A stretch of DNA of 64,000 nucleotides from a virus (lineage: Duplodnaviria; Caudoviricetes): IMG/VR virus record IMGVR_UViG_3300020050_009209; one strand, written 5' to 3'. How positions within the stretch are numbered: position 1 is the stretch's first letter; every line of letters starts with the position of its first letter. Positions 9,703 to 19,343 of this stretch are shown here, one piece after another. The notes beneath the pieces were generated by a model. That model saw only the letters and a list, made by a program, of their open reading frames with translations, did not search any database and was not told the origin of the DNA. A program made the translations under genes and the position numbers.

Positions 9703-10473
9703 ATGAGCTACGACTACGATCGACGGGTGGCAAAAAAGGGCTTTGACCCAGCCGAGTATGACCTTGACGGCCTCCTGAAAGGAGAGTCTGTCACGTTGTA
9801 TCATGGTACAACACGATCCTTTAAGGTGTTCAACCTAGACAAAAGTCGAACCGACCTGGTCAATCAATACTATGGAAGTGGTGTCTTCTTGACGCCCTCC
9901 AAGTTGGTCGCTGAGAAGTACGCGAACGCAAATCGTAACATAGGGTTCGACCCTGAGATCATCGATGACCTCAAGAGAGCCAACCCAAAGGCCGGAGCCT
10001 TCATGCAGAAGCTCTATGACCTAGGGGATGACGCCTGGGAGGAGATTACTCCCGAAGCCCTTGGCGTAGCCCCAGAGGCCCTCTGGGGGGCTGCTCAGAG
10101 TCTTGTTGGGGACGTAGACCCAAATACGATTGCGGACGTCACTCGGTTCATCCTAGGCTCAAAGCTGAAGTCCTCCTTGGGGGATGACGACTCGCTTAGC
10201 CTCTTTAGCCAGAGCACTGGGATGCCAGGGTACATGTACGATAACTTGGACGAGCTAGGAATCGACTCGGCAAACTATAGGCCAAAAGTCTACAAGGTGG
10301 GAGTGAAGGTCGACAAGACCCTGGTTACTCCAAGCAAGTCCCTAGCTAAGTCGGCCAAGTCGAAGGGGTATGACGCTGTCATCTACCACGGGACGGACCT
10401 TGTTGGAGGTGTTCCAGAGGTGGCGGTCTTCAACCCAAAAAATGTTCGAGTCCTAGGGATGGAGCTTGTCTAG
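9703..10473 (+). CDS. ADP-ribosyltransferase-like protein (ART-PolyVal type)
   Basis: LYHGT..SFKVF, YGSGVFLT..K.VAEKYA, KGYDAVI, EVAVFNP motifs. Confidence 0.75.
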   Translation: MSYDYDRRVAKKGFDPAEYDLDGLLKGESVTLYHGTTRSFKVFNLDKSRTDLVNQYYGSGVFLTPSKLVAEKYANANRNIGFDPEIIDDLKRANPKAGAFMQKLYDLGDDAWEEITPEALGVAPEALWGAAQSLVGDVDPNTIADVTRFILGSKLKSSLGDDDSLSLFSQSTGMPGYMYDNLDELGIDSANYRPKVYKVGVKVDKTLVTPSKSLAKSAKSKGYDAVIYHGTDLVGGVPEVAVFNPKNVRVLGMELV

Positions 10474-10491
10474 ACCGGTGTACTAGAGGGC

Positions 10492-11268
10492 ATGATAATT
10501 GGAGCCATCCAACGTGTCCTGTATACGGTTGAAGTAGAGCAAGAGCATGAGCCCAGTGTTGGTAACCAATACCAAGACTTGATGGGGAGTATCTGGCGCA
10601 TTCGAGAGGTTCACCCAACCTCCAGAGCACGTACGATGTTTCGGAACCCTCAACCAACCTTTCCTGTTTGGGATGTCCAGTTTGAGGGGGAGCCCGATGT
10701 AAACCCACACCCTTTAAGGTACTTGGCGGAGCTTGAAGCACTCTACGAGAAACGACCAATCGGCGTTCTCTATCGTGGCTCAGTAACTCCAGATACTACC
10801 CTGGTAAGCCTAAAGCCAATTCTTGGCTTTGGCACCTTGACCAAGAACGACACCAAGTACTCCTGGATGTTTAGAGTCACCCCAAAGGGGGAATACGTGT
10901 TGAGAGTAGGGCCCCTGGTGGCTCACTTCAACGATTTCAAAGGTCCCGTAGCCTTTGAGAGAGAAGGTCAAGCAGAGTTCCCTCGTGACCCAAAACGGAA
11001 CCCTAAGGACCAAAGAGACTTTCTGCCCTACCTGCCCTGGGACCTCGTAACCAACCTACTCAATGAGTTTGACGGTGCGATGACCAGAGGAGAGATGACC
11101 ATCGAACCCGAGTACACCCTACGTGTGAACCACAAGGGGGAGTCGGTACGGGCCATAACGCGGAAGGATGCAATCATAGCCCTTAGAGAGAACGAGGACT
11201 ATGGAGACTCCCGCCTACAGTACAGGGGCACATGGTATAGCTCGTTGGCGTCTACCCCCCCCGCATAG
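10492..11268 (+). CDS. hypothetical protein
   Basis: 258-aa ORF; GGTGTA 9 nt upstream of ATG. Confidence 0.75.
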   Translation: MIIGAIQRVLYTVEVEQEHEPSVGNQYQDLMGSIWRIREVHPTSRARTMFRNPQPTFPVWDVQFEGEPDVNPHPLRYLAELEALYEKRPIGVLYRGSVTPDTTLVSLKPILGFGTLTKNDTKYSWMFRVTPKGEYVLRVGPLVAHFNDFKGPVAFEREGQAEFPRDPKRNPKDQRDFLPYLPWDLVTNLLNEFDGAMTRGEMTIEPEYTLRVNHKGESVRAITRKDAIIALRENEDYGDSRLQYRGTWYSSLASTPPA

Positions 11269-11499
11269 AGCCTCTAGAGTCACCGGCTGCTTCTCTAGTA
11301 GGAGACGTTTGATAGCCGTCTTCGCCCCCAACATGACTCGCCTAGACCTCTTGGGTACAGGCTCAACGTCGTCATTATCCATCCCAAGAAAGTTCGTCGG
11401 TAGTGGCATCCAAAACTCCTGTAAGCGTGTATGTGATGTATACACCAGTCGTGTCTGGTTTGACCTCAAAATATGTCTGAAAATCAAGTATGAGGGTGT

Positions 11500-12279
11500 T
11501 TAGAGCAACCCACAAGTAAGCTCTCCTAGAGGAGAGAGGAGTCAGTCAGAGACCCTCCCTGGGAGAGAGGGGAGAGTTACCATCACACGGACCTTGGGTC
11601 AGCAGCCACTCCTAGGTAGTGACCCCCATGAGAGAGGGAGGGACCCATCATGAGGGTGAGGACCTGGGGAGAGACCCCTCATGACTACCTGGCTAGAGCT
11701 ACCTGGGGTAGTTGTGCACCCAATAGGCTACGGCTTTGGCCAGTACCTCATAGGCTATGGGTGGTGGGTACATGACCAGGATTGTTGCGAGTGTAGTTAG
11801 GTTGAATAGCATTTGCATCTTGAGATCACCTGACCTGAGCCAGAATAACTTGAATGCTCTCATACTAGGTCTTTAGTCATGGGTGTAAGGATGCTGGCCC
11901 TTGTGAGCCTAGGAGAGTGAGAGAGAGGGAGGAACCCCAAGACCCACCATGGAGGAGCGAGGAGTCCTTCTTGGGCCTGCCCCTCTGTCCTTGAGTCTTC
12001 GGTCCTGTAGTCTGAGTCTAGTCTTGGGTTTGATAGTCTTGGCGCAGTCTGAGTCTAGTCTTGGGTCCCCTTAGATAGCCCCTTAGATAGGTCTAGTCTT
12101 CGGTTTGAGTCCCCCAGACCCCCGTATACCAAACCCAGAACAGATCTCTCGCCATTAAAGTCCAGAGACTTTAATTACAACCTTGTTGGTACGGGTTTTG
12201 CCGACGACTACAAGATCCAGGTACCTGTAAGAGTATACGGGAAACTAGCTAGTTACAGCCGACCCGCATAGAGGCCGTT
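11500..12279. other. long non-coding region with iteron-like repeats at a transcription convergence point
   Basis: No ORF >=60 aa; agtctgagtctagtcttgggt x2 (12009,12046), ccccttagatag x2 (12067,12079), GAGAGAGG runs. Confidence 0.6.
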
Positions 12280-12660
12280 TTACCGTGCAATCAAGGCCCT
12301 AACAACTTCGGAGTAGACGCTACAGTAAAGCATGACGTAGGCCTCATAGTCCCCTGGTGTTGTCTCCTTGGGGAAGGCGACTTGAAAGTCCTTCCAGAGG
12401 CTCATGGGACTATCGTCCAATTGAAGTCTGGGTTTCCGTGGGCGAGACTTACATTCTCGGTTGCCCGCTCTGTAGCCCAACGAATAATGTTCATCATGCA
12501 ACCCACATCGATAGGTTGAGTCACTTCTTGAATCCAGCCTTCCCTTGTTCCCGTTGCCGTCGAAGCTCCTCACGTTTCTTTTCTCGGATACGGGGGGCAA
12601 GGAATATATCACCCTTGTCGGTGAGTACGGGTGTTTGAGAGTTGTAAGTCTTCGGCTCTT

Positions 12661-12801
12661 TCACTCGGCAGCCCCCTCACGGAGGGCGTTGAGGCGGTCC
12701 TTTCGGATGCAGTTGCGGTTGTGCTTGCGGTCAGCACGACGACGGGTCTTGCAGCCATCGCTGTTGTGGTTGGCCTTGGCGATCTTCTTCCAGGTGTTCA
12801 T
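12661..12801 (-). CDS. 46-aa basic microprotein (MNTWKKIAKAN...)
   Basis: Not in ORF track; ATG 9 nt after promoter 12811-12836. Confidence 0.75.
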   Translation of the reverse strand: MNTWKKIAKANHNSDGCKTRRRADRKHNRNCIRKDRLNALREGAAE

Positions 12802-12832
12802 GTTGATACCTACGTAGGATTGGAGAGAGAGC

Positions 12833-13105
12833 TTAACCTGAAATCAACTCTTTGAAAGAAGGTTGTAGGTGGAAGCACCCCAGGACTGTACCACTCTCAG
12901 TGAGGTACCCATGCTTCTCTAGGAAGTGGGCGTCCTTCATCTGGGGCCATCCTACGTAGTGGGCCTCACCTGGACGTCGGAACTCCTGCTCAGCGAGGGA
13001 GAGGATAAGCCCAGAGATCTTGATAGCTTGTAGCCGGTCTTGGTGGGAGCCGCCCGTCTTAGGGGTAGCTCCTGCCTTACCGGGTCTATTTTTTCTTGCG
13101 GGCAT
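12833..13105 (-). CDS. hypothetical protein
   Basis: Stop in promoter TTAA; start uncertain. Confidence 0.5.
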   Translation of the reverse strand: MPARKNRPGKAGATPKTGGSHQDRLQAIKISGLILSLAEQEFRRPGEAHYVGWPQMKDAHFLEKHGYLTESGTVLGCFHLQPSFKELISG

Positions 13106-13466
13106 TTGGCTTCTTGACTTGGGGGATGGTCTGAATGCGAACGTACCGCTTCTTATCTCCATCCCAGTAGTGCTGAGCGTTCTTGGTTTCTTCTTCGGAG
13201 GGGATGCGGTAGGTGACCTCTCCTCCATGGGTGTGACCAAGGTTGCAGACCTGAATAGGAGTGCGGTCCTTGACGAAGGTCTCCAGGATTTCGGGAGGAA
13301 TGACCCCTACCGCATCGCAGTTGGTGTCATCAACCGAGTTGGTCCAACTGAACTTCGCCTTGCAGATGGAGCATGTAAGCTTTCCGTACCACATGTCGTA
13401 GGGTTCGGGAAACGTGCTGTAGTGACCGTTTTCGCAGATTGCCTGCACATAGCCTTCGTAGCTCAT
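13086..13466 (-). CDS. hypothetical Zn-ribbon protein
   Basis: MSYEGYVQAICENGH...CSIC...VDDTN. Confidence 0.75.
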   Translation of the reverse strand: MSYEGYVQAICENGHYSTFPEPYDMWYGKLTCSICKAKFSWTNSVDDTNCDAVGVIPPEILETFVKDRTPIQVCNLGHTHGGEVTYRIPSEEETKNAQHYWDGDKKRYVRIQTIPQVKKPNARKKK

Positions 13467-13732
13467 TTGCGTTTGCTCTTCTTCTCGGGGGCGCTGGGGA
13501 GGGAGTAGGGGTTGTAGCCCTTGGCTCTAAGCTCTAGGATGCGAGCAGGAAGCTCAGCCACCTTGTAGGTTGTAGGCTGGGGTGCAGACAGGGACTCAAG
13601 AAACTCATGAGGGTAGAGCCAGGTTTGAGATGCCTCACACCAGTAGGTGAAGCGGCCCTCTGAGTCGTCTTGAACCAAGTGAAAAGTTCGGTAGGGGTTA
13701 GGCTTCTTCATGTTAGTGCCGTGCTGCATCAC
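13463..13732 (-). CDS. hypothetical protein
   Basis: ATGA coupling to next gene. Confidence 0.6.
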   Translation of the reverse strand: MMQHGTNMKKPNPYRTFHLVQDDSEGRFTYWCEASQTWLYPHEFLESLSAPQPTTYKVAELPARILELRAKGYNPYSLPSAPEKKSKRK

Positions 13733-13833
13733 CTCGTGTTATCCGCCAGTACACCAGAGCTGCAAGGTGCTTAGTACTCCAGACTGACGTGAACCTCAGG
13801 TGTAGCCATCTGGCAAACCGTTCGAGATCACTT

Positions 13834-14091
13834 CTAGGGATCCTCCGCAGGTGATGACGTCGAATTTTCATGTGCGTCAACAACGGCAGCACGTTTAGCT
13901 CTCAGGAGTCGAAGAACTTCTTCTGACTCTACCACTTGGCGACGAGCAGCTTCGAGCGTAGCTTCCTCATCTCGGATGTCAGCGTCAATGATTCGAAGCC
14001 ATCCGAGGGATGCGGGGTCATGAGGCACCCTGTGCTCATGTACGCGAATACTCCTCCAGTATGCTATCGTGTCCTCACTAAAGCTGGGCAT
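13834..14091 (-). CDS. hypothetical protein
   Basis: Start moved to ATG 14091 (GAGG upstream). Confidence 0.6.
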   Translation of the reverse strand: MPSFSEDTIAYWRSIRVHEHRVPHDPASLGWLRIIDADIRDEEATLEAARRQVVESEEVLRLLRAKRAAVVDAHENSTSSPAEDP

Positions 14092-14260
14092 CGCACTCCA
14101 CCTCTTCTTGAGAGACCACTCGGTCCGCCTGAGCCATTCCACGACCCACCTGGTAAGCTTGGAAGGAGGTCTTGCAGAGGTAGAGGGTACCAAGCCCATC
14201 GTCTCCACCCACGTACCAGGTGGTACCATCCTTCAGCGTGACCTTGCTCTCTGTCTTCAT
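14078..14260 (-). CDS. hypothetical protein
   Basis: ATG 9 nt after promoter. Confidence 0.75.
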   Translation of the reverse strand: MKTESKVTLKDGTTWYVGGDDGLGTLYLCKTSFQAYQVGRGMAQADRVVSQEEVECDAQL

Positions 14261-14291
14261 ACCTGTACCTACGAAAGGGGCAGGTAGCTCC

Positions 14292-14693
14292 TTAACTAGA
14301 ATTCTCAGACAGCTTGATCAGGTGAAGGCATCGAAGGCAGGTAACCTTCCGCAAGTTCTCGGACAGCTTCCAGTCGTTCGTCTTTCGCTTCTGGGTGCAA
14401 GCGGGGAACCCTGCGAGTAGGCGTGTGAGCTTCGTCCCACTGGTCCAGCGTAGGCCTCCACTGTAGTGAACCCGTGTAAGAGCCTCCTTCGGGATTACCT
14501 TAGGCGTTTCGAGGTTCAGCAGGGCCTCTACGGCATTGTAGTGGGCCTCCCTAGCCAGGATCAGGCGTTGGTCGGCTTGTAGCCACGCACTTGAATCTGG
14601 GTGGTGACAAGTAAGCTCTTCCAGCTTACTCGCAGTATGGAATTCCTTTGCGGCCTTTACCACGGCCAGAGTAGCTGCTTTGAGTTTAGTCAT
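14292..14693 (-). CDS. hypothetical protein
   Basis: C-terminal VTCLRC; stop in promoter TTAA. Confidence 0.7.
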   Translation of the reverse strand: MTKLKAATLAVVKAAKEFHTASKLEELTCHHPDSSAWLQADQRLILAREAHYNAVEALLNLETPKVIPKEALTRVHYSGGLRWTSGTKLTRLLAGFPACTQKRKTNDWKLSENLRKVTCLRCLHLIKLSENSS

Positions 14694-14942
14694 TCAAACC
14701 CGTACGAAGGTTGTGGCCTCTTTGGTGACCTTGAGGGCGTGTCTACAGTAGGCGATGTCCTGCCCTTGAAGGGTGTCGATACACCTCTGACAGGGTTGAA
14801 GGTAAACCGAGCAACCCATGAGGGACGTGGACGGTGTTGCAGTCAAGTAGTTGAGAAGGCTCATGCGTGCCATCTCACTAGGAGCGTACAGCTCTTGAGC
14901 CATACGTATCGTAGCTAGGGTAGCGGACTTGAGTCGGTTCAT
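14694..14942 (-). CDS. hypothetical protein
   Basis: Abuts next gene; N-terminus resembles that of 14292-14693 (LKxATLA). Confidence 0.6.
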   Translation of the reverse strand: MNRLKSATLATIRMAQELYAPSEMARMSLLNYLTATPSTSLMGCSVYLQPCQRCIDTLQGQDIAYCRHALKVTKEATTFVRV

Positions 14943-14945
14943 GCT

Positions 14946-15116
14946 TCAATCCACAATGTTCGACCACTCCTCTTGGGAGGGGAAAGCCTCATCATTGTCC
15001 CCGAACATAAGTGCCCGATTGTACTCACCAATCTCGGAGGAGTCCAACCCCTGGTAGGTGGAGCGGCCACTCTTACGGTTTTCAGCAATCACGGCCTTGA
15101 TGTGTTCGAGCGTCAT
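14946..15116 (-). CDS. 56-aa microprotein (MTLEHIKAVIAEN...)
   Basis: Not in ORF track; ATG 9 nt after promoter. Confidence 0.75.
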   Translation of the reverse strand: MTLEHIKAVIAENRKSGRSTYQGLDSSEIGEYNRALMFGDNDEAFPSQEEWSNIVD

Positions 15117-15504
15117 GCTCTCTCCTACGGAGGGGAGGCTTGCGGGTTTAATCTCTTTATGATATACACCAAGGGTAGGTACGAGAGATCAGATAAGAAC
15201 AACCTTTCGCAGTTCGGTTCTCGGGTCAGCTTCCCTCACCCTTCGGGGTTAAACAAGCAAAGAGACCATAGTAACTTTCCGATTGGACGCTCCCACTCAA
15301 GTCTCAAAGCCCTCCCTCTCCTGACAACTTCATACGCTCTTCAAGGTAGCATCGGGTAGAACTTCCGATGTTTCGTCGTGTCTGAGGTTTTCTTCTCGGA
15401 TAGAACGACACTCAGAGCAGCACTTACAGCCGTAGTGGAGGCAGAGGTTGCACTCGTCACAGCGATGGGGTTGCTCTCCAGCGATGTATTCTTGGGTAGT
15501 CATC

Positions 15505-15720
15505 TTACAGGCAAAACTCTGCGTACGCCTGGTCAATGAGAGTGCACCATTCCTCGGGGCACTCGGCGGACATCTTTACAGAACCAAGCTGCGAGCTGAG
15601 TGTCCGTACCTCAGCTTCAGGACACAGCTCTCGGATCCTGGCTGCGAGAGCATCCACGTCCTCGGGGCCTGCATCCTCCCCAAGGTAGATGGGGTCACTG
15701 GAGATCGTGATGGTCTTCAT
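15505..15720 (-). CDS. small acidic hypothetical protein
   Basis: ATG 9 nt after promoter; similar to 6578-6841. Confidence 0.75.
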   Translation of the reverse strand: MKTITISSDPIYLGEDAGPEDVDALAARIRELCPEAEVRTLSSQLGSVKMSAECPEEWCTLIDQAYAEFCL

Positions 15721-15791
15721 GTTGAACCCTACGAAGGGGTACGCTCACGATTTAACTTAAATCTCTCACCCTTCCTGACGTAAGGTAGGAC

Positions 15792-16298
15792 ATGACCCTC
15801 AGTCTTACCACCAGTATGAGCACACGTCCCACCCACACGATCGCTAGGACTAACTCCTCGGTCCACATCACAACTCCACGTAACTCCGAGGTTCTTGGGC
15901 TTATTGGGGGTGGTCTCGTACACGAGGGGTTAGCACTGACCAATGACGAGGTGAGGGCCCTTCGGAAACTCTACGGGTACGACGAACCTCGGAAGCGTCC
16001 GCGCTTGTCTGAGGAGGAGGAGCCTTCTTACGAGGTTCGCGAACAGATTCGAAAGGAGGACCAGACTCAAAAGGCGGTCGACTTTCACCAGGCGGGGGCA
16101 GACCGTAACCTCATCCGACACGCCCAGCTTGATGGGTTGCGGCTAGTTGCCTGGCTGGCCAAGTACGTAGACAAGGATGAGGACCCTCTCGCCTTCCTTG
16201 TCAGTGTAATGGCAGACAGCGGGATGGACGTGGACATCGAAGACATCGAGTGGGTTCACGGTACAGCTGACGACCCCCCTGACTTTGACCCACGATAA
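15792..16298 (+). CDS. hypothetical protein
   Basis: ATG 9 nt after divergent promoter. Confidence 0.8.
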   Translation: MTLSLTTSMSTRPTHTIARTNSSVHITTPRNSEVLGLIGGGLVHEGLALTNDEVRALRKLYGYDEPRKRPRLSEEEEPSYEVREQIRKEDQTQKAVDFHQAGADRNLIRHAQLDGLRLVAWLAKYVDKDEDPLAFLVSVMADSGMDVDIEDIEWVHGTADDPPDFDPR

Positions 16299-16489
16299 AG
16301 GTGGAACTATGGGAAATCAATCAACATTAGCAAGCGTTCCAGTCCAGATTGTGGAGGAGAGGGTGGAGCGGTATGGCTAGACTCAAAAAGCTCCAGCTGT
16401 ACCTCAATCTCACCAAGGGGCGGTAGTTGTGTCATCCTCCGGGCCCCAATCTAGTTAACTCCTCCCTCTTCATCTCCGTAGGTACAGGT

Positions 16490-16765
16490 ATGAAGTTCAA
16501 GAAGGTAGCTCCTGCGATTCACCTCTCTTCTACCCCGGTCACCTACCGTGACATCTACGGGGGAGTTCATACCTCCCAGGTGACTCTGCGCATTGATGCG
16601 CGGACCAAGGGTCGGATTCGGGTGGACCGGGCATCCTTCGGGATGTGGGAAGCCATTGACAACAACTGGCTTGGGTGTAAGACCCTCGTAGCTGCGCGTA
16701 AGATCGCAGAAGACTGGGCTACCCGAGCCAACGCCCAAGCTACCCTCAGCCCGCTTGAGTCATAG
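16490..16765 (+). CDS. hypothetical protein
   Basis: ATG 9 nt after promoter. Confidence 0.8.
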   Translation: MKFKKVAPAIHLSSTPVTYRDIYGGVHTSQVTLRIDARTKGRIRVDRASFGMWEAIDNNWLGCKTLVAARKIAEDWATRANAQATLSPLES

Positions 16766-16807
16766 ATTCAGGTTAAACCTTCTAACCTCCAAGACGTAGT
16801 ACTCTCC

Positions 16808-17128
16808 ATGACCACCAGCTACCCCTCAAAGACCACTGAACTCACGGTTCTGCGAAAGTTTCCGTCCGCATTTACCTGGGGACGGATCGTGGCCTTCCAT
16901 GATCTGGGTCCCTACACGATCGCAGAGTTCCGCCATATCTCCTACACTGGGGGAAGAGAAACCAAGCATCTGGACGTCACGGAGTACCATGTGTGGGTGG
17001 ACGGTAAGAGCACTCACTCGGGAGCTAAGACCCTGGAGGAAGCCATCCTGCTTGGGATTGGCATCCGCAACCTGGGTGCAAACAGTGGCCCCCACATGGC
17101 ACGAGCTGCCTTCAAGATCCTTCAGTGA
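16808..17128 (+). CDS. hypothetical protein
   Basis: ATG 9 nt after promoter. Confidence 0.8.
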   Translation: MTTSYPSKTTELTVLRKFPSAFTWGRIVAFHDLGPYTIAEFRHISYTGGRETKHLDVTEYHVWVDGKSTHSGAKTLEEAILLGIGIRNLGANSGPHMARAAFKILQ

Positions 17129-17475
17129 CCCCCTACCAAAGGGTTTGCGAGCTGCACTTCAAGTTTCTTGAAGACGTTTACGCCCTTCTCATCACGGATG
17201 CGGGAGCAGACCCAGACTCCAAGCAAACCTTTATGAGGTACATGCTGGATCCTACGGGGAACCAGATAAAGGAGTACCGCTTCAAAGGGGCGTTTAGAGG
17301 CGGTGGTAAGCTCTGGATGGACAACAGTAAGTTCTGGATGGGTAACTCCCCCTACTGGGTCTCCTGCTACCCCGAGCACTATGCAGAGCTTGGTGCTCGT
17401 GTGGTCTACCTCAACGAAAAGATTGAGGCCCTCTACCTAACGTACGCAACCAAGAGCCGAGAGCTAGTCCCATGA
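17125..17475 (+). CDS. hypothetical protein
   Basis: GTGA coupling; EYRFKGAFRGGGKLW..WVSCYPE. Confidence 0.75.
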   Translation: MTPYQRVCELHFKFLEDVYALLITDAGADPDSKQTFMRYMLDPTGNQIKEYRFKGAFRGGGKLWMDNSKFWMGNSPYWVSCYPEHYAELGARVVYLNEKIEALYLTYATKSRELVP

Positions 17476-17763
17476 ACAAAGCACGTCGTAGACTCGCCCG
17501 AGCACGTAGGTACCGAGACCGGGCTTACATCCCCTTCCCTTGGTACTCTGGGTACATGAGTCGAATAAACCCAGAGTTCCCAACGAAGACAGATGAGCAG
17601 GTGGGGCTCTTATTGGACCCCCAACCCGCTACACCTTCGAGCTAGTGTGGGAGTCCTGGGAAGGCGAGCAAGACCTCCGCTCTGCTCTCCTTGCATCGAT
17701 AAAGTCCTCGGAGGTAGCCACCAAGCCAGTTCTGAGGCTCATAGAGCAGAAGAAAGTAAAGCC

Positions 17764-18030
17764 ATGAATACACTTCAAGAGCAACTTGCCCACCTACGCT
17801 CATTGAAGGACGGGTGGGATGATGACCCCAGGGAGCGAGAACCCGCTCCAGCACCTACCCCAAAGGTCATCGAGGATGCTGAGCGGGTAGCTCTAGCCCT
17901 TGAGGCCTCAGGCTTCACGGATGTCACGCTCAGTGCTGACGTCATGGGTGGCGTTTGGCTGGGTGTGAGCCGAGGGTGGATTATCTTCCGCAACAAAGGC
18001 ACGAGAATTGCCTTGGGTAAGGGGTTCTGA
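17764..18030 (+). CDS. hypothetical protein (LKDGWD family; paralog of 41165-41536)
   Basis: LxxLKDGW...AP...IEDA shared with 41165-41536. Confidence 0.7.
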   Translation: MNTLQEQLAHLRSLKDGWDDDPREREPAPAPTPKVIEDAERVALALEASGFTDVTLSADVMGGVWLGVSRGWIIFRNKGTRIALGKGF

Positions 18031-18082
18031 GGGGCTCGAAAGAATCTGGTTAAAGGTTGACCCCGAGGTTACGTAGGATAGA

Positions 18083-18310
18083 ATGAGGGTGAGACGAAGA
18101 GAACCTCTTCAATCTGCCCAACCTCCTCAGCTGGACCTAATCAACCTAGCTGAAAGCACTCGACGAGATGAGGGAGAAGTGATTACCTCTCTTGGCAAGC
18201 TTGGCGTAACCTTCTGGCGTAACCCGGAAAAGCTAGGCAGAAAAGCCCCTACGTGTTGGCCTAATATAGGCTCTCTAGGTTCTCTCGGGTGTGAGTTTGG
18301 GCAGACTTAA
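18083..18310 (+). CDS. hypothetical protein
   Basis: ATG 7 nt after promoter. Confidence 0.55.
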   Translation: MRVRRREPLQSAQPPQLDLINLAESTRRDEGEVITSLGKLGVTFWRNPEKLGRKAPTCWPNIGSLGSLGCEFGQT

Positions 18311-18408
18311 GAGGCTCTCGGAAGAGACCCAAAGAAAAAACGTAGAAGACGCAAAATAAGTTAAGAGTGATGAAGCTCTTGGCGTAATGAGAATCAAGGA
18401 GACTGAAA

Positions 18409-18861
18409 ATGACGATGACGAAGGATGAGCTGCTTGCGGGTATCGAGAAGAAGGTTGCCGACCTGGCCGTGATTGCGGCCACGAAGGCTCGGGTGGAGGG
18501 GCAGGAGAAGGCCCTCATTGCTGAGCTGCTTGCGGCTCACGGAAAGGGACCCCACATGGTGGGGGGTAAGCCCAAGTTCATCTTCACCAGCAAGACAGGG
18601 ACCGTGTACATCTCGGACCCTCGCGGTACCGCGAAGGGCGTCAAGCGAGGCCCCCGTAAGGGCAAGTCGGTTCCCCCGGCGGCTGCTGCCGAGGTTACCG
18701 CTCCGGTTACCTCCCCTGAGGAGGAGGCTCCTGAGGAGACTGAGGAGGAGGCTCCTGAGTCGGGGGGCTTCACGGCTGAGCAGCTGGCGGACAAGCCGGA
18801 GGATGCCTTTGAGGGCTCGGAGGAGGATGAGGACCCTCTCGCTGGACTGGACCTCGACTGA
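18409..18861 (+). CDS. hypothetical protein with basic core and acidic tail
   Basis: Promoter plus AAGGAG RBS; strongly biased codons; hairpin downstream. Confidence 0.85.
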   Translation: MTMTKDELLAGIEKKVADLAVIAATKARVEGQEKALIAELLAAHGKGPHMVGGKPKFIFTSKTGTVYISDPRGTAKGVKRGPRKGKSVPPAAAAEVTAPVTSPEEEAPEETEEEAPESGGFTAEQLADKPEDAFEGSEEDEDPLAGLDLD

Positions 18862-18903
18862 GATGATGGCTGGGTAGGAGAGCTGTAACGCTCTCCTACC
18901 TTC

Positions 18904-19010
18904 CTTAGAGGGTAGGAGACTGAGCACACTGCATGGTGACCTAGGAGAGCTAGGTACGGCTTGTTGTGTGGCCTGTGAAACACGGTGTGCTCATTCTCCT
19001 GCCCTCTAAG
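18904..19010 (+). ncRNA. structured RNA motif copy A (three-way junction on a long stem)
   Basis: Covaries with 19344-19455; conserved GCATGGTG and TGAAACAC. Confidence 0.8.
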
Positions 19011-19029
19011 ACACGACTAATCAACACCT

Positions 19030-19110
19030 GCCGAATCGCGAGGCCGCAAGGCCGTAAGGGCGACCCTCAGATGGCCAAGAGGGGACCAGGTTCAAGCCCT
19101 GGATTCGGCG
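19030..19110 (+). ncRNA. atypical tRNA-like RNA
   Basis: Acceptor GCCGAAT/ATTCGGC, T-arm CCAGG-TTCAAGC-CCTGG; non-canonical D and anticodon arms. Confidence 0.7.
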
Positions 19111-19123
19111 CCTCAGGAGCAAA

Positions 19124-19342
19124 ATGCTGTATCTGCTGGAACGTAAGACTAAGGTGATGTACGACCAAACTACGGCTATGGTCATACGCGCAAAAAGCTA
19201 CAAAGACGCTAGAGCAGAGGCTGCATTACAAGCGACGGATGAAGGCCCCTCTGTGTGGCTGGACCCCCACCTCTCTACTTGCCTTAAAATAGCAACAGCA
19301 GGTGTACGTCAGTGTATTCTCGGCTCCTTTAGAGCTGGGTAA
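19124..19342 (+). CDS. hypothetical protein
   Basis: AGGAG RBS; ends ILGSFRAG. Confidence 0.8.
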   Translation: MLYLLERKTKVMYDQTTAMVIRAKSYKDARAEAALQATDEGPSVWLDPHLSTCLKIATAGVRQCILGSFRAG

Positions 19343-19343
19343 C

